Positions 31,512 through 32,000 of a DNA stretch of 32,000 nucleotides are shown in pieces; position 1 is the first letter of the stretch, and every line of letters begins with the position of its first letter. Below the pieces are notes generated by a model. The model was not told the DNA's origin, made no database searches, and saw nothing but the letters and a program-made list of their open reading frames with translations. Source of the DNA: Prochlorococcus marinus subsp. pastoris str. CCMP1986 (GTDB lineage: Bacteria > Cyanobacteriota > Cyanobacteriia > PCC-6307 > Cyanobiaceae); contig NC_005072.1 in NCBI RefSeq assembly GCF_000011465.1, positions 1,560,001 through 1,592,000 of the forward strand. The letters run 5' to 3'. Both the position numbers and the translations under genes were made by a program.

Positions 31512-32000
31512 TTAAACACCAGTATGAAGTGTTTTCTTCCAGAGAATCTTTTTAGGAAAAAGAGACATTTTTATTGTTACCCATGGTATAACTAAAAACC
31601 AATGAGATAGATATACAAGAGAAACTAACATCATCATCAAATTGAGATTTTGTAAAACTGGACCCTCACTCTTGCATGAAGAGCCATACCAAACTGCAAT
31701 TCCAGACAAAGTAAATGCTGTTATGGAGATTGGCCAATAACTGGGTGATTCCGTTAGAGCAATACTTAAAATCAAATCAACCAAAGAAATAATAGGCAAG
31801 GCATATTGCAAGATAAAGAAAAAGGTTAAATCAAACTTTTGAATAAGTTCAATTTTTTTTGAAAATAATTGCTCCCCATAATCAAAAAATCTTTGCAAAC
31901 CACCTTCAGCCCATCTTTGTCTCTGTGAAAATAAAGCAGATATATTTTCAACTGCTTCTTCCATAACAGGAGGATCCCAGAGAATCCCAATTTTTGATTT
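31512..32000 (-). CDS. GT2-family (cellulose-synthase-like) glycosyltransferase, C-terminal part; continues past the right edge
   Basis: Open frame continues upstream of the called Met to the window end (KSKIGILWDPPVMEEAVENISALFSQRQRWAEGGLQRFFDYG). QRQRW matches the Q(Q/R)xRW motif of processive GT2 enzymes and is followed by several TM segments. Confidence 0.75.
   Translation of the reverse strand, partial: KSKIGILWDPPVMEEAVENISALFSQRQRWAEGGLQRFFDYGEQLFSKKIELIQKFDLTFFFILQYALPIISLVDLILSIALTESPSYWPISITAFTLSGIAVWYGSSCKSEGPVLQNLNLMMMLVSLVYLSHWFLVIPWVTIKMSLFPKKILWKKTLHTGV

Noticed and set aside
1-32000. Hidden defence system, prophage, integron or biosynthetic cluster
   Set aside because: Nearly every kilobase is covered by identifiable housekeeping genes on both strands with very short intergenic gaps; no integrase, transposase, recombinase or cassette-like cluster was seen. 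The tRNA-Gly shows no adjacent integrase and I saw no att-like duplication.

Overview
This 32 kb window looks like an ordinary, compact, AT-rich core-genome segment of a marine picocyanobacterium, most likely low-GC Prochlorococcus. The lineage call is an inference from base composition, protein sequence and the presence of psbZ. It is almost entirely housekeeping genes: crcB pair, SH3-like protein, gyrB, miaA, infC, GntR-type regulator, cysE, secA, GNAT, GtrA-family protein, NTF2-like protein, tRNA-Gly(GCC), ribH, psbZ, mutS, cobH/cbiC, holA, lysC (four ACT domains), uvrB, a DUF561-like TIM-barrel protein, tilS, RNase J, dapA, asd, tig, clpP, clpX, dnaX and the 3' part of a GT2 glycosyltransferase. 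I found no mobile element, CRISPR array, prophage, toxin/defence cassette or convincing new system. The features most worth a second look are modest: a partial second crcB at the left edge, overlapping the first by TTGA; a perfect 72-nt in-frame tandem repeat in dnaX; tilS and RNase J stop codons interlocked in a CTAG palindrome, plus other near-zero-gap convergent pairs; a GntR-type regulator with an unassigned C-terminal domain; a 76-bp overlap of the GtrA and NTF2-like ORF calls that is probably a start-call artefact; and a small inverted repeat just 5' of the tRNA-Gly.
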